The notes beneath the pieces are model-generated. The model was not told where the DNA came from. It did no database searches and was given only the letters and a program-made list of their open reading frames with translations. DNA of 64,000 nucleotides from Nitrosopumilus sp. (lineage in GTDB: Archaea > Thermoproteota > Nitrososphaeria > Nitrososphaerales > Nitrosopumilaceae), in NCBI GenBank assembly GCA_965207075.1, contig CBDBLO010000002.1, positions 1,408,001 through 1,472,000 of the forward strand. The letters are read 5' to 3'. Positions 18,065-27,641 of this stretch are shown here, in pieces (the stretch's first letter is position 1; every line of letters starts with the position of its first letter). Position numbers and translations under genes: made by a program.

Positions 18065-18517
18065 ATGACATCACGAATCCAGAGCAGTGTAGAGCGCTGG
18101 CTGATCCACGAGGGCCTGAGATTCAAGTACCAAAAACCGGATGATGATCATTCATTCAAGGTTGTGATAAGCGGCCCCCCGGACGTACGCGACATGGGCA
18201 CAGAGATATTTGAGCCTGCCAAGCAGCCGGGCGTAATAGTGGTCGGCAGGAGGTGCCCGTTTGGCACGAGACTGAACCAGCGGTTTTTGAACATGACTGC
18301 ATCTGAGCAGCAAAGGGTGCGGGAACGAATCGCAGAGTACTGCAACTACGTCGGGGCGGTGCACCGCTTTTTGATTGACAGCGGGCGCAACATAGTGGGC
18401 GTATACGTCGTAATCGACTCTGCAGACAGGCAGAATCAGTCGGACTTTTCAGAGTCACTGAGACAAATAACGAGGATATCAGACCAGGTAAAGGAGCACA
18501 TCAGGCGCGCCACGTAG
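18065..18517 (+). CDS. DUF2299-like conserved archaeal protein
   Basis: I...VERWLIHEGL.F N-terminus and ~150-aa length resemble DUF2299 proteins. Confidence 0.65.
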   Translation: MTSRIQSSVERWLIHEGLRFKYQKPDDDHSFKVVISGPPDVRDMGTEIFEPAKQPGVIVVGRRCPFGTRLNQRFLNMTASEQQRVRERIAEYCNYVGAVHRFLIDSGRNIVGVYVVIDSADRQNQSDFSESLRQITRISDQVKEHIRRAT

Positions 18518-18720
18518 CCAAAAGCCGGGCTTGCCGCAACCCTCCTCTCCCCACGCCACCCCAATCACGGCCGCTCGTCACTTCCGCATGCATAAGCTTG
18601 AGACATCCACTGACAGACCCGAGCATACGTGCCAACAGAACGGACACCAAAGCAGGACGTGCCGACATCGCATAAGATCCGAAAGTTGGGGGTTAAATAC
18701 AAAGGCGGCAAGCAGCGCGC

Positions 18721-19122
18721 ATGGGAAAATTACTAATCGCGCTGATCGCAATTACGGTCATAGGCATCATAGTGGCCACGGCCAGCTCATACGTTGCACC
18801 TTCCCTGCTTGAGATGCCCCCTGACACGGACGGACCCGACACGGGGGACATGGACACACTTCCATCAGACGTCATGGAGTATCCTGCAGCAGTGGCATTC
18901 GTGGAGAAGCATAGAGACAGCTACGTCGAGACGGAGAGCCTTGAGTCCGGCGTAACCAAGATGATAATCGTATCCGGACATGACGGTTCACAGCTCACGA
19001 TAGAGCAGGGTGCGGACGGTACGGTGACAAACATGGAGTACATCTGCTTCTATCCTGACGGCCTGAGCATGGAAATCATAGAAGGACTGGACGTGGCAGA
19101 TCAAATACCTCCGCTGTGCTGA
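18721..19122 (+). CDS. Membrane-anchored/secreted acidic hypothetical protein
   Basis: N-terminal hydrophobic helix, TATA GGTTAAATA at ~18691, T-rich terminator at ~19157. Confidence 0.75.
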   Translation: MGKLLIALIAITVIGIIVATASSYVAPSLLEMPPDTDGPDTGDMDTLPSDVMEYPAAVAFVEKHRDSYVETESLESGVTKMIIVSGHDGSQLTIEQGADGTVTNMEYICFYPDGLSMEIIEGLDVADQIPPLC

Positions 19123-19444
19123 CATATACGGGCCGACACGCCGTCAAGCCACAGTCATTTTTTCATTTTCTGCCCACCATAGCAGCATACATTGCAGTCC
19201 GGATGGTGTAGTTTTTGCCACCACCACCGCCGTCACGACGAATGACACGTACAAGGCACATACCAAACGCACCCTGAGAGCATCAGGAAGTAGGTCGGTT
19301 TATTGCATATGTCGCCAAGCGCCCCCACAAAATCGTGCGAAAGCCGCGGAAAAGGGAACGATGCCCGCAGCGTGGCAGCACGTACACGCATGTCGCGTCG
19401 CGGCACGTGGCGACTCCACAAAATACCTGCCGCGTCCATTATGA

Positions 19445-19472
19445 ATATTTCTAAACTCGAAATTAGAAATAT
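19445..19472. promoter_or_regulatory. 28-bp palindrome, copy 2 (ATATTTCTAAA CTCGAA ATTAGAAATAT)
   Basis: Inverted arms match 10/11, inside a 1.1-kb gap with no credible CDS. Confidence 0.6.
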
Positions 19473-19810
19473 CAAAAATTAAGGGCCGGTGACACGCCAG
19501 ACAATTTGGCAAAAGGCCAGCGTCAGGGCACAGGGCAAACGGCTTTGCAAATACCAAGGACCGAACCCCCCGCAATGTCTCTGGCATAACGCAGCCCTGA
19601 TTCCGTGACTATGACAAGACTCCCAGCATCGACATCCTGGTGTACCACGAACCACTACATGCCATACAACTTACTTCCGTCAACCCTACAAACTGGCATT
19701 CGGCAGGCGGCAGGGGGATGCAAAAGGCCAATTTTTGGCCACCGTCCTGCAGATCCAAAAAAACGCCGACATCGCTCCTCAAGCACCCATTTTGCAGTTT
19801 CACGCCTGAG

Positions 19811-19892
19811 AGCTAAACCCCCCTCCCGGCGCCATGCGTTCAGGCACAATCCCAAATATCTGGAAAACGCGATTTTGAGGGGGGGTTTAGCT
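19811..19892. repeat. 82-bp element bounded by 15-16 bp inverted repeats
   Basis: AGCTAAACCCCCCTC ... GAGGGGGGGTTTAGCT. Confidence 0.6.
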
Positions 19893-20236
19893 TCCATGCC
19901 TGCATATGGGATCCAAGGGTCAAACCATCCCGGTAGCTGGGCCCGGCATGTGCCGGCATTCATTCCCGTGCCTGAGTGCTCAACCCCCCCTTTTGGGGGC
20001 GGCGCAGCCGGCTTTGAAGAAGATATTGCATGCAAAGGACTGGCGGGAGGAGGGACAGGCAGACGCCAAAACGGCAACTAGGAGAAGGGGGCTGGCAAAA
20101 AAAAGCAAGACCATCAACCTACATGCGTCGTGCAGGGGGGGTATATCGCACCAAGAACGATCCCCGTACCCTTTGTCCGCTTTCACCAAACACGCCAAAC
20201 TTAAGAATATAATACGACAAAGGCGGAGAGAGACGC

Positions 20237-20728
20237 ATGGTTGCAATAGTAGTAATAGTAATTGGCGCGATAGTAGCATCCATGATCATAGCAGGCTACA
20301 TGTACGTAGAGTACACGCCGGACCACCTAGAGGTCGCCGCGGGCGAGCCCGTGATGGTGGGGCCCGTCGAGTATACCGTGTCGTTTGAGAACACCCACAT
20401 GGGCGACAAGGAGGAGCAGCCAGAGCACGTATATGTTATGGTTGCGCTCACGGCGGAGAACAAGGGAGAGGACAGGACGCTCCTTTCGGGCGGCCAGTTT
20501 TACATCGAGGGAGAGGATAGCGTGAGGCACCAGGCCGTATACGGCAACTTTTCGCAAAGGGACCTGCTGGTGGAGTGGCTCGAGCCGGGCGACGTGGTGG
20601 AGAGAAGCACGCAGTTTGACGTGCCGTTTGATGAGGACTCCAGGTATGACATACTGATAAGACCGCAAAAGGAGCAGAACTTCAAGGACATAGGCTCCGT
20701 ATGCATTGCAAACTGCCACATTGAATGA
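20237..20728 (+). CDS. DUF4352-like Ig-fold membrane-anchored protein
   Basis: N-terminal TM helix, YVMVALTAENKG, L.PG.......FDVP pattern. Confidence 0.75.
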   Translation: MVAIVVIVIGAIVASMIIAGYMYVEYTPDHLEVAAGEPVMVGPVEYTVSFENTHMGDKEEQPEHVYVMVALTAENKGEDRTLLSGGQFYIEGEDSVRHQAVYGNFSQRDLLVEWLEPGDVVERSTQFDVPFDEDSRYDILIRPQKEQNFKDIGSVCIANCHIE

Positions 20729-20899
20729 CGGCTCCTCCGGGTGCGAGTCAAACGGCGGCGTGCGCATGCCTGCATGTGGGCGCATCCACAACCGATCGAG
20801 TTTGCCCCGTCCCGCCTGCTTCTCCCCCGCGCCTCCAAGCCACCACCGCAGGATCTGCTTGCATTTGGATCCGTTTCACACAGGCCTAAAAGGGCCAAT

Positions 20900-21790
20900 T
20901 TAGGACAGGTACTTTTTGTTGTCCCTCAGGTATTTTGAGACGAACCACTTTAGAAAGATCATGTGGTCACCGCGCGTCTGCGATCCCTCCAGTTTCTTGA
21001 TGTACGTGATCTTCTCCTTTGGGAGGATGTTCATCATGGGATACCCGCCCTTGTGGAGAATCAACAGCGCCAGCAGCCTTCCAATCCTTCCGTTTCCGTC
21101 AATAAACGGGTGTATCATCTCGAACCTGCTATGGAAGATCGCCGACGCTATGACGGGGTTTGATCTTTTGTTTTTGCGATACCACTTCAGCAGGATCTCC
21201 AATTCAGGGATTACGTCGGGCCACAACATGTATTCCGTCCTTCCCCCGTATGGGGCGACATCTACACGCCTGAAGCTCCCCGCATTGTTCGCGTCCGTCC
21301 CTGCAAACAACATGTCATGCCATCGCAGAATAAGCCGCTTTGTGATGTCCGATTTTGTCACAAGCAGTTCATCAAATATTTTCTCCATCTGTGTTGCCTC
21401 TATAATGTGCTCCAGTGCGGTGTCCTTTGGGGACAGGTTGTATTCCAACAAATTTCTTGTCTGGCCAAGTGTCATGGTGCTGCCCTCGATTCTCTGCGTG
21501 CTGTATATGTGGTTGATCTTGAACCAGTGGTTCTCGGATTGGATGATCTTTTTGTCAACGGCTGCAATGTATCCGGAATACCTGTCACGTATCACCTCAA
21601 GCAACGGGATGTTTTCCTTCAGGTACATCTCCTCTTCGAACTTTTTTTTGACAGAGTCGATCTCCGCAGGAACGCGCCTCCCAAGATACCGCTCGTACTG
21701 GTTTTTGCCCGAGTGGTACACAAGATAGTAATAGTGTCCGCTTCCCTTTTTTCTTCTGATTACCGATACCATGCAATTGTTTACCAACAT
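20900..21790 (-). CDS. Fic family protein (AMPylase-like), lower GC than its neighbours
   Basis: Canonical HPFIDGNGRIGR motif and N-terminal inhibitory-type motif TQRIEG. Confidence 0.93.
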   Translation of the reverse strand: MLVNNCMVSVIRRKKGSGHYYYLVYHSGKNQYERYLGRRVPAEIDSVKKKFEEEMYLKENIPLLEVIRDRYSGYIAAVDKKIIQSENHWFKINHIYSTQRIEGSTMTLGQTRNLLEYNLSPKDTALEHIIEATQMEKIFDELLVTKSDITKRLILRWHDMLFAGTDANNAGSFRRVDVAPYGGRTEYMLWPDVIPELEILLKWYRKNKRSNPVIASAIFHSRFEMIHPFIDGNGRIGRLLALLILHKGGYPMMNILPKEKITYIKKLEGSQTRGDHMIFLKWFVSKYLRDNKKYLS

Positions 21791-21932
21791 AACTATTTAA
21801 TTTTTATTAAAATAGTAAAAATTCGATGGGTAATGATAATGCATGGCGCCAAGCGCCGGTGCCGTCAGGGCGGAGGCATTTCAGCATCGGCAAGCGTGCG
21901 GCCGGATCCGGACAACGCCGGGCACCGGCCAA

Positions 21933-21960
21933 ATCTTTCTAAATACGAGTTTTGAAACAT
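21933..21960. promoter_or_regulatory. 28-bp palindrome, copy 3, degenerate (ATCTTTCTAAA TACGAG TTTTGAAACAT)
   Basis: Same TTTCTAAA-N6-TT[TA]GAAA frame as copies 1 and 2. Confidence 0.5.
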
Positions 21961-21965
21961 GCGGA

Positions 21966-22406
21966 TCAGTCGCCGGGCTCCGTCCGTATCTCCGGCATGA
22001 CGTACACGCTGACGGGCCTTATCCTGAGCGTGGTGCGTTTCTCGCCAGGGCGGCGGAAGGGGTACCTGTCCCTCCCCGGCATATACTGTCGCGTCAGGAT
22101 GTCAGCGTACTTGTAGTCATAGTCAGGAATCATCTCCTCGACCACGCCCCGGACTGACACCATCTGCAGCGGATCGTCGGCCGACGTGACCGACACTGCC
22201 ACCCTGTTGTCGCGCAGGACGTTGCGGTGCTTGGTCCTGCCCTCCGCCGTGTTGACCATTATGAACCCGTCATCCCAGTTTGCCCAGACCGGCGTCACCT
22301 GCGGCGAGCCGTCCGGCATTACGGTCGCCACGTACGCCAGGTTCCGTCCCGAAAGCAGGCGCTTTAGGTGCCTCACCGAGTCCGCATCGACATTCATACG
22401 AGCCAT
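21966..22406 (-). CDS. PPOX-class putative F420-dependent oxidoreductase
   Basis: AYVATVMPDGSPQVTPVW...NTAEGR.K.RN..RD.RVAVSV. Confidence 0.9.
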   Translation of the reverse strand: MARMNVDADSVRHLKRLLSGRNLAYVATVMPDGSPQVTPVWANWDDGFIMVNTAEGRTKHRNVLRDNRVAVSVTSADDPLQMVSVRGVVEEMIPDYDYKYADILTRQYMPGRDRYPFRRPGEKRTTLRIRPVSVYVMPEIRTEPGD

Positions 22407-22556
22407 ATGCACCAACACCACCGCGTTGCGCAGTCCGCAGTATATAATCTCCCCGGCCCCGTGACCAGTACGCCCTAGGGGCAACTCCCACAACAGACAA
22501 TCCAGTCCGCGCATTTCCCCCCGCCGCCTCACTGACGGCGATGCGCAGGACAGATG

Positions 22557-23204
22557 TCAGCCGTTGCCGGTCTTTTCCTTTTTGGCGTTCCCTCCGTCGT
22601 TACCGGACAGCGAACTTGCCGTTGTTTTCTCCCCACGTGAATCCGCCTTTCTGGACGAGGCCTGCCGCGCGGCCTTTCGGCCGCTCCCCTGCCGCTTGCG
22701 CCTCTTTCCCTTCTCAAGCACCTTGGTAATGGCGCGGTTCATTATCTCCACCACCAGGTACGCCGAATACTCGGCAGTAGGCCTGCCGCCGTTTCCGGAC
22801 GCGGCAATATCTGAGAGAACTCCGCCGAGAATCTCCTCCAGCCGTCTTGCCGTCCTGTCTATCACCGACGAGTACGCAGACTCAAAGTTCTCTGGCTCCT
22901 CGAGGTCCAGCAACCTCGTGGACGTCCCATAGTACTTCGTAATCCCGCCGCGCGACTCGACTACCCTCATCACCTCTACGAGGCCCGTCGTCCTGAGGAT
23001 GTCTATGTGGTGTCGCACAGTCGACAGCGCCTTTTCTGGTCCCGTCCTGTTCACCGCTGCTGTGATCTCTTCTGCCGACAGCGTCTGGCCGTACAGCATG
23101 GATAAGATCCTTGAGCGTATCGGGTCCCCTATGGCGCGTGCGTGCTGCATGGTGACTGACACGGTCCGGTTAGTCCGGATCTGCCTGTCCAGTAGCGTAG
23201 CCAT
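22557..23204 (-). CDS. ArsR-like winged-helix transcriptional regulator
   Basis: ARAIGDPIRSRIL...LSTVRHHIDILR..GLVEV...GG..KYYG, with a basic low-complexity tail. Confidence 0.85.
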   Translation of the reverse strand: MATLLDRQIRTNRTVSVTMQHARAIGDPIRSRILSMLYGQTLSAEEITAAVNRTGPEKALSTVRHHIDILRTTGLVEVMRVVESRGGITKYYGTSTRLLDLEEPENFESAYSSVIDRTARRLEEILGGVLSDIAASGNGGRPTAEYSAYLVVEIMNRAITKVLEKGKRRKRQGSGRKAARQASSRKADSRGEKTTASSLSGNDGGNAKKEKTGNG

Positions 23205-23751
23205 GCGGTCCAGTCAACGGGTTCGTTAAAGAGAGCCCATGTCACAATTTGTTGTCCTGCCGGGCAAATATTTTGAACCAACCCCGTGCGTGGCACTGTT
23301 CTGATAATAATGGCAGCATATCGACTATTTCAGCAGTATGTCAATGCATGCAGGGACAATCGACCCATCTAGGATCGCTCTTGTGGGACTTAAGATGGTA
23401 TGATATTGGAATCAATCTGATGTACATGGTTTAAGGTTGAACATATCATGTTATTTCTATAATTATAGTAGTATAATGATTTTATTAGTATTCTTGTAAA
23501 TAAAGTATAGCAATATGAAAAATTTAGTAGTGGTTGGCGATCGGGGGCCAGGAGAGGGATCGGGGGCGGCAGGGGGCGGCAGGGGGCGGATCAAGCCGAT
23601 GGCAAGACGGCAAAACCGGACTGCCTGCAAATTCGAGTTGAAGGCGAGATCAGGGACGACAGGCGATGAGCGGCATCGGGGCGCAGTGCGATGCCGGACG
23701 CCGGCATCGGGGCGCAGGGAGCGTGACAACATTTACCGCGTATGATGCCGT

Positions 23752-24081
23752 CTAGGATATAGGCCGGACGGAGTTTCTGCGCTTTTCGATAAATGCAATT
23801 GCAAGGATAACGCACACAGGAGCGATTACCATCACGGCAAAGAACGGGATGTTATCTGAGATGAAGATTCCAACATTTGGTTCTTCCACTCCCTGGACGG
23901 TTCCCGTATATTCAATGTCATCACTCCCGCCGGGAACTGTCAGCCTGGTGTTTATCACAAGTTCTCTGATAAAAGTACAGTTGTTGGCAGGCTCAATACA
24001 GATCGTCCCGAGGGGCGTAATTCCCACATAAAATGCGACAAAGCACGCCACAACCGCGGACGTCTTGTATCGGTGCCTCAT
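23752..24081 (-). CDS. Hypothetical two-TM membrane protein
   Basis: Hydrophobic N- and C-terminal segments with a CxxxxxxC loop. Confidence 0.65.
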   Translation of the reverse strand: MRHRYKTSAVVACFVAFYVGITPLGTICIEPANNCTFIRELVINTRLTVPGGSDDIEYTGTVQGVEEPNVGIFISDNIPFFAVMVIAPVCVILAIAFIEKRRNSVRPIS

Positions 24082-24151
24082 GGCTTGTCACAATTTTTTG
24101 CTTTGCGCGGTGCGGGCGTATCCCTTCCTGCAACGGCGTCAGACAGGGATC

Positions 24152-24997
24152 TCACACGGGCTCTCCCGCAATCTTGCCAAAAGAGTCCACGTACCGCCGA
24201 GTCATGGCCGACACCACGTCAGGCGGAATCTCGGGGGCCGTCGGCGCCCTGCCCGCACTGCGCTCCTCCTCAAACTTTTTCTTGTAGCCGCGCTCTGCGA
24301 GCCAGTCGCGGAGTATCTGCTTGTCGTATGACGTCTGGATGTCCCCCGGACTGTACGCATCCTTGGGCCACATGCGGTACTCGTCGGGCCCTATCGAGTC
24401 GCCCAAGGTTATCTGTTCGTCACCGTCCTCGCCCTTGAGGATGCCAAACTCCAGCTTCAGGTCGGCCAGGATGAATCCGGCAGAGTCGGCTACGCGCGAC
24501 ATGTCCTCGTATATGCGGATGGACCTCTCTTCAAGCCAGTCGTACTGCTGCTCGGAGACCAGCCCCATGCCTACTGCGGCCTCCCTGTCTACCGGCACGT
24601 CATGCTCGGACTTTGTGGTCGGATCAAACACGGGCCTTGAGAGCCTGGACGCCAGCTGCGTGCCGGAGCCCCCTGGAAGCGTCAGTGCCCCGTTCTTCCA
24701 TCTGTCATACATGCTTCCATACAGGTAGCCCCTCACCACACACTCGATTGGCAGCATCTTCATCCGTCGAACCACCATGTCAGTGTCCGAAACGCGCCGC
24801 ACGAAATGGTTAGGCACGTTCAGCCGGTCGAACCAGAATTCGGCGGATCTGCACAGTATCTCCCCCTTGCGCGGAATGTCCTGCGAGAATTTTACATCGT
24901 ATGCGGACACGCGGTCAGAGAACCGGAACAGAAGATGTCCCGGGTCGTCCTCCAGCTCGTAGATGTCCTTGACCTTGCCGCTTGCAATAAACTTCAT
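24152..24997 (-). CDS. purC: Phosphoribosylaminoimidazole-succinocarboxamide (SAICAR) synthase
   Basis: [49 protein letters not shown]. Confidence 0.96.
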   Translation of the reverse strand: MKFIASGKVKDIYELEDDPGHLLFRFSDRVSAYDVKFSQDIPRKGEILCRSAEFWFDRLNVPNHFVRRVSDTDMVVRRMKMLPIECVVRGYLYGSMYDRWKNGALTLPGGSGTQLASRLSRPVFDPTTKSEHDVPVDREAAVGMGLVSEQQYDWLEERSIRIYEDMSRVADSAGFILADLKLEFGILKGEDGDEQITLGDSIGPDEYRMWPKDAYSPGDIQTSYDKQILRDWLAERGYKKKFEEERSAGRAPTAPEIPPDVVSAMTRRYVDSFGKIAGEPV

Positions 24998-25171
24998 GCC
25001 GGTGGTGCCGCATGCGGGGGATTTAACTGTAAGAGCGCGGGATCAACTGGATCGGATCGCGGCAAAAAAACCAAGCGCGTATTTTGTCACTTGTTGCCGG
25101 CGTGCATCTGCGCGTGATATGGCGCGGGCCGTTTGCCAGGGGCAAGGGCGCCAGGCCGGCGCCGTACGCGC

Positions 25172-26413
25172 CTATGCATAGTCCCCGAGTGTGCGCTGTC
25201 TTGCAAGCCTTGTGGTATCTACGTGCCCGAGCCAGTCGGATGCGGCAATGCCCGTGGCGGACGCGGCAAGTCGCACGCCATCGGCCATGCTGTCTGCCAC
25301 CGCAACGGGGTTCTTCATCGCGGCCCTGACGCCCTCGCGCACCTGCCATACGCCCACGGGCACAGAATACTCGGGACGAATCTCCCGCAGCACCAGCGCG
25401 CCGGCCTGCACGTGTCTTTCTGCCAAATACTCCAGAACCCCGAGCCGGGCCGCGTAGTACGCCCCCGCCGTGTTCTGAGGCGCGCGCTGCAGGTGCGAGG
25501 TCTCCCAGTCGGAGGCAAATGATGTCAGTCCCGCGGCCTTTGGAGCGCTGCAGCTGCCGCCGTCGGGGGCCGGCTCATGCCACGCCTCCACCAGCTCAAA
25601 GAGCCACCTGTTCTCAAACAGCACCACCGCAAACGCGTTTCCAAGGTGCTCGTGGCAAAAGACCCTGCACGAATCTATCACGTCGCACTCGCTCACGTGC
25701 CCAAGCAGCCGGGAGGATATCGCAGAGTCGGCCGCAGTAATGCTCCATTTTGTAGGAACCAGCCTGCGCCTTGAGCCGAGCATTCCGATGCTGAGGCATC
25801 TCTGTATGTCGGACATGGCGACGCCCGACTCGTACAGCGAGAACATTGCATCCGATGCGCTCGCATCCGTGTCATAGTACAGTTTCTCGATCTGCCTCGA
25901 GGGGCGCGGCATGTCTGAGAACTCTGCAGAACGCACCAGCCCGATCGGCCCAAAGGGGGTCCCCGTGTCATCACCGTAGCTGCTTCGGGCGGCCCTGATC
26001 TGCACGGGCCTCTCAAAGGAGATGTCCGATCCGAGCGGGGCCGAGGACATGGCGACCTCCTGCAGCTGCTCCACGTACCGGCTGCCCCCTCCGGAGCCGG
26101 TCAGATCGGCGCGCACCTGCCTCACCCCGCGGATCATTCCGAGCCTCAGGCCCACGATGTCGCCAAGCGAGAGTTCCCGCCATCTTTCGGGACTGTCAAA
26201 TATCGCGGTATCACCGTGTACGGGCGGCACCATGGGGCCCACGTACACTTTGGGATACCCGTATGAGCCCACGAACACCGAGGGCGGCGTCGAGCCGCTG
26301 ACTGACATGCCGCGCCCAGTGCGCGCGCCACCGCCGGCTCCGGTATCGGCGCCCCGGGCAAGCGTCCTGTGCCACCGTCTGGCAATCTCGTCCTTGATCT
26401 CGCGGGCGTCCAC
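25172..26413 (-). CDS. Nre family archaeal DNA repair protein (start approximate)
   Basis: SGSTPPSVFVG..GYPKV..GP, RRLVPTKWSITA.D, PVGVWQVRE, C-terminal PIP box QRTLGDY. Confidence 0.88.
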   Translation of the reverse strand: MDAREIKDEIARRWHRTLARGADTGAGGGARTGRGMSVSGSTPPSVFVGSYGYPKVYVGPMVPPVHGDTAIFDSPERWRELSLGDIVGLRLGMIRGVRQVRADLTGSGGGSRYVEQLQEVAMSSAPLGSDISFERPVQIRAARSSYGDDTGTPFGPIGLVRSAEFSDMPRPSRQIEKLYYDTDASASDAMFSLYESGVAMSDIQRCLSIGMLGSRRRLVPTKWSITAADSAISSRLLGHVSECDVIDSCRVFCHEHLGNAFAVVLFENRWLFELVEAWHEPAPDGGSCSAPKAAGLTSFASDWETSHLQRAPQNTAGAYYAARLGVLEYLAERHVQAGALVLREIRPEYSVPVGVWQVREGVRAAMKNPVAVADSMADGVRLAASATGIAASDWLGHVDTTRLARQRTLGDYA

Positions 26414-26576
26414 GCGTATGAGGAGAGATGCTTGCGTAATAAAGTCGAGCGGTGTCCTCTCCCCTCCCCCCCCCCCCCCGTTCAAGCATCTGCAGTGTAG
26501 GACGGGCTCACTGCAATGTACGCACAGATTGCGGATGTGCGCCCGCCGCCACTTCACCGGCCGCACATATACGCAG

Positions 26577-27641
26577 TTACGAGCGCTCCGCAAGCCACGC
26601 GCCCAGTTCGGGCAGCACCCTCTTCTGGGACAGGGAGCTTGCAATCATGCCCACGTGACCGGTGGGGTATATGCGCAGTGTCTTGTCACGGCTCCCCACG
26701 GCATAGTACAGGGGCATGCTGCATTCCGGCGAGACCAGGTGGTCTCCTACTGCAATCTGGATGAACACGGGCATGGTGATCTCCTTGAGGTCGACGTGCA
26801 CGTCACCCACGTGCATCTTGTTGCGGGCCAGAAGGTTCCGCTGGTAGATGTCGCGTATCCACTGCCTGAACAGCTCTCCCGGTATGGGGGGCGTGTCGCC
26901 CAACCATTTCTCGACGCGCAGAAAGTTGTCCACGAACCGCTTGTCGTGTATGTTTCTAAAGAAATTGACGTATTTTTCGACGCCCTGCTCAAACGGCTTG
27001 AGCACGGAAAAGCAATAGTACATGAACTCTGGGGGCATGTTGCCTATCGTCTCGACCATCTTGTCCACATCCATGTGCTTTGCAAGGTTGCTGATTACGG
27101 TGGTGTCCTTCCACCCGTCCACGACGGGCGCGGTGGCCACATAGTTTCTGACGCTCTCCGGGTGGAGTGCGGCGTACATGGCAGAGATGGTGCCGCCCGT
27201 GCAGTATCCCTGCAGGGACACGGACTCTACGGAGGACTCGTCCTTGATGTATTCCACGTAGGAGTCCATGTATCCGTTCACGTAGTCGTCAAAGTCCAGG
27301 TACTTGTCCATGCTGGTGGGCGTCCCCCAGTCAAGCATGTACACGTCAAAGCCCTGGCGCAGCAGGTTGCGCACCCAGCTCTTTTCGGGATGAATGTCAA
27401 GGATGTGGAACCTGTTGATTACCGCGTACGATATCAGCAGGGGCGTCGCATGCCGCCTTTCGGTCAGCGGCCTATAGTGCAGGAGGCGTGTCTTGTCTAT
27501 GCTAGAGGCCACGTCATGCCGGGTCACGTCAAGTATGATCTGATCCGGCGAGGAGACCATCTGGGGCGCGTTTACGACGTTGCGTCCAAATTTCAGAATC
27601 TCCTCGATCAGTTTTGGATCGATGTTCGAGCTGATCGTCAC
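26577..27641 (-). CDS. phaC: Class III polyhydroxyalkanoate synthase subunit PhaC
   Basis: TPLLISYAVINR..ILD, FDVYMLDWG, catalytic box GYCTGG, GDHLV (Asp) and TGHVG (His); 354 aa. Confidence 0.95.
   Translation of the reverse strand: MTISSNIDPKLIEEILKFGRNVVNAPQMVSSPDQIILDVTRHDVASSIDKTRLLHYRPLTERRHATPLLISYAVINRFHILDIHPEKSWVRNLLRQGFDVYMLDWGTPTSMDKYLDFDDYVNGYMDSYVEYIKDESSVESVSLQGYCTGGTISAMYAALHPESVRNYVATAPVVDGWKDTTVISNLAKHMDVDKMVETIGNMPPEFMYYCFSVLKPFEQGVEKYVNFFRNIHDKRFVDNFLRVEKWLGDTPPIPGELFRQWIRDIYQRNLLARNKMHVGDVHVDLKEITMPVFIQIAVGDHLVSPECSMPLYYAVGSRDKTLRIYPTGHVGMIASSLSQKRVLPELGAWLAERS

Noticed and set aside
19824-19834. TCCCGGCGCCA matching the tRNA-Ser 3' end (45640-45650) as an att site
   Set aside because: Only 11 GC-rich bp, and the interval between them contains rRNA and core genes.
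17893-21960. Palindromes as CRISPR repeats or integron attC sites
   Set aside because: Spacing is 1.5-2.5 kb with no cas genes, and there are no RYYYAAC/GTTRRRY ends or integron integrase.
23388-23532. Replication origin call
   Set aside because: No cdc6/orc1 gene or recognisable ORB repeats nearby. Kept only as an AT-rich observation.
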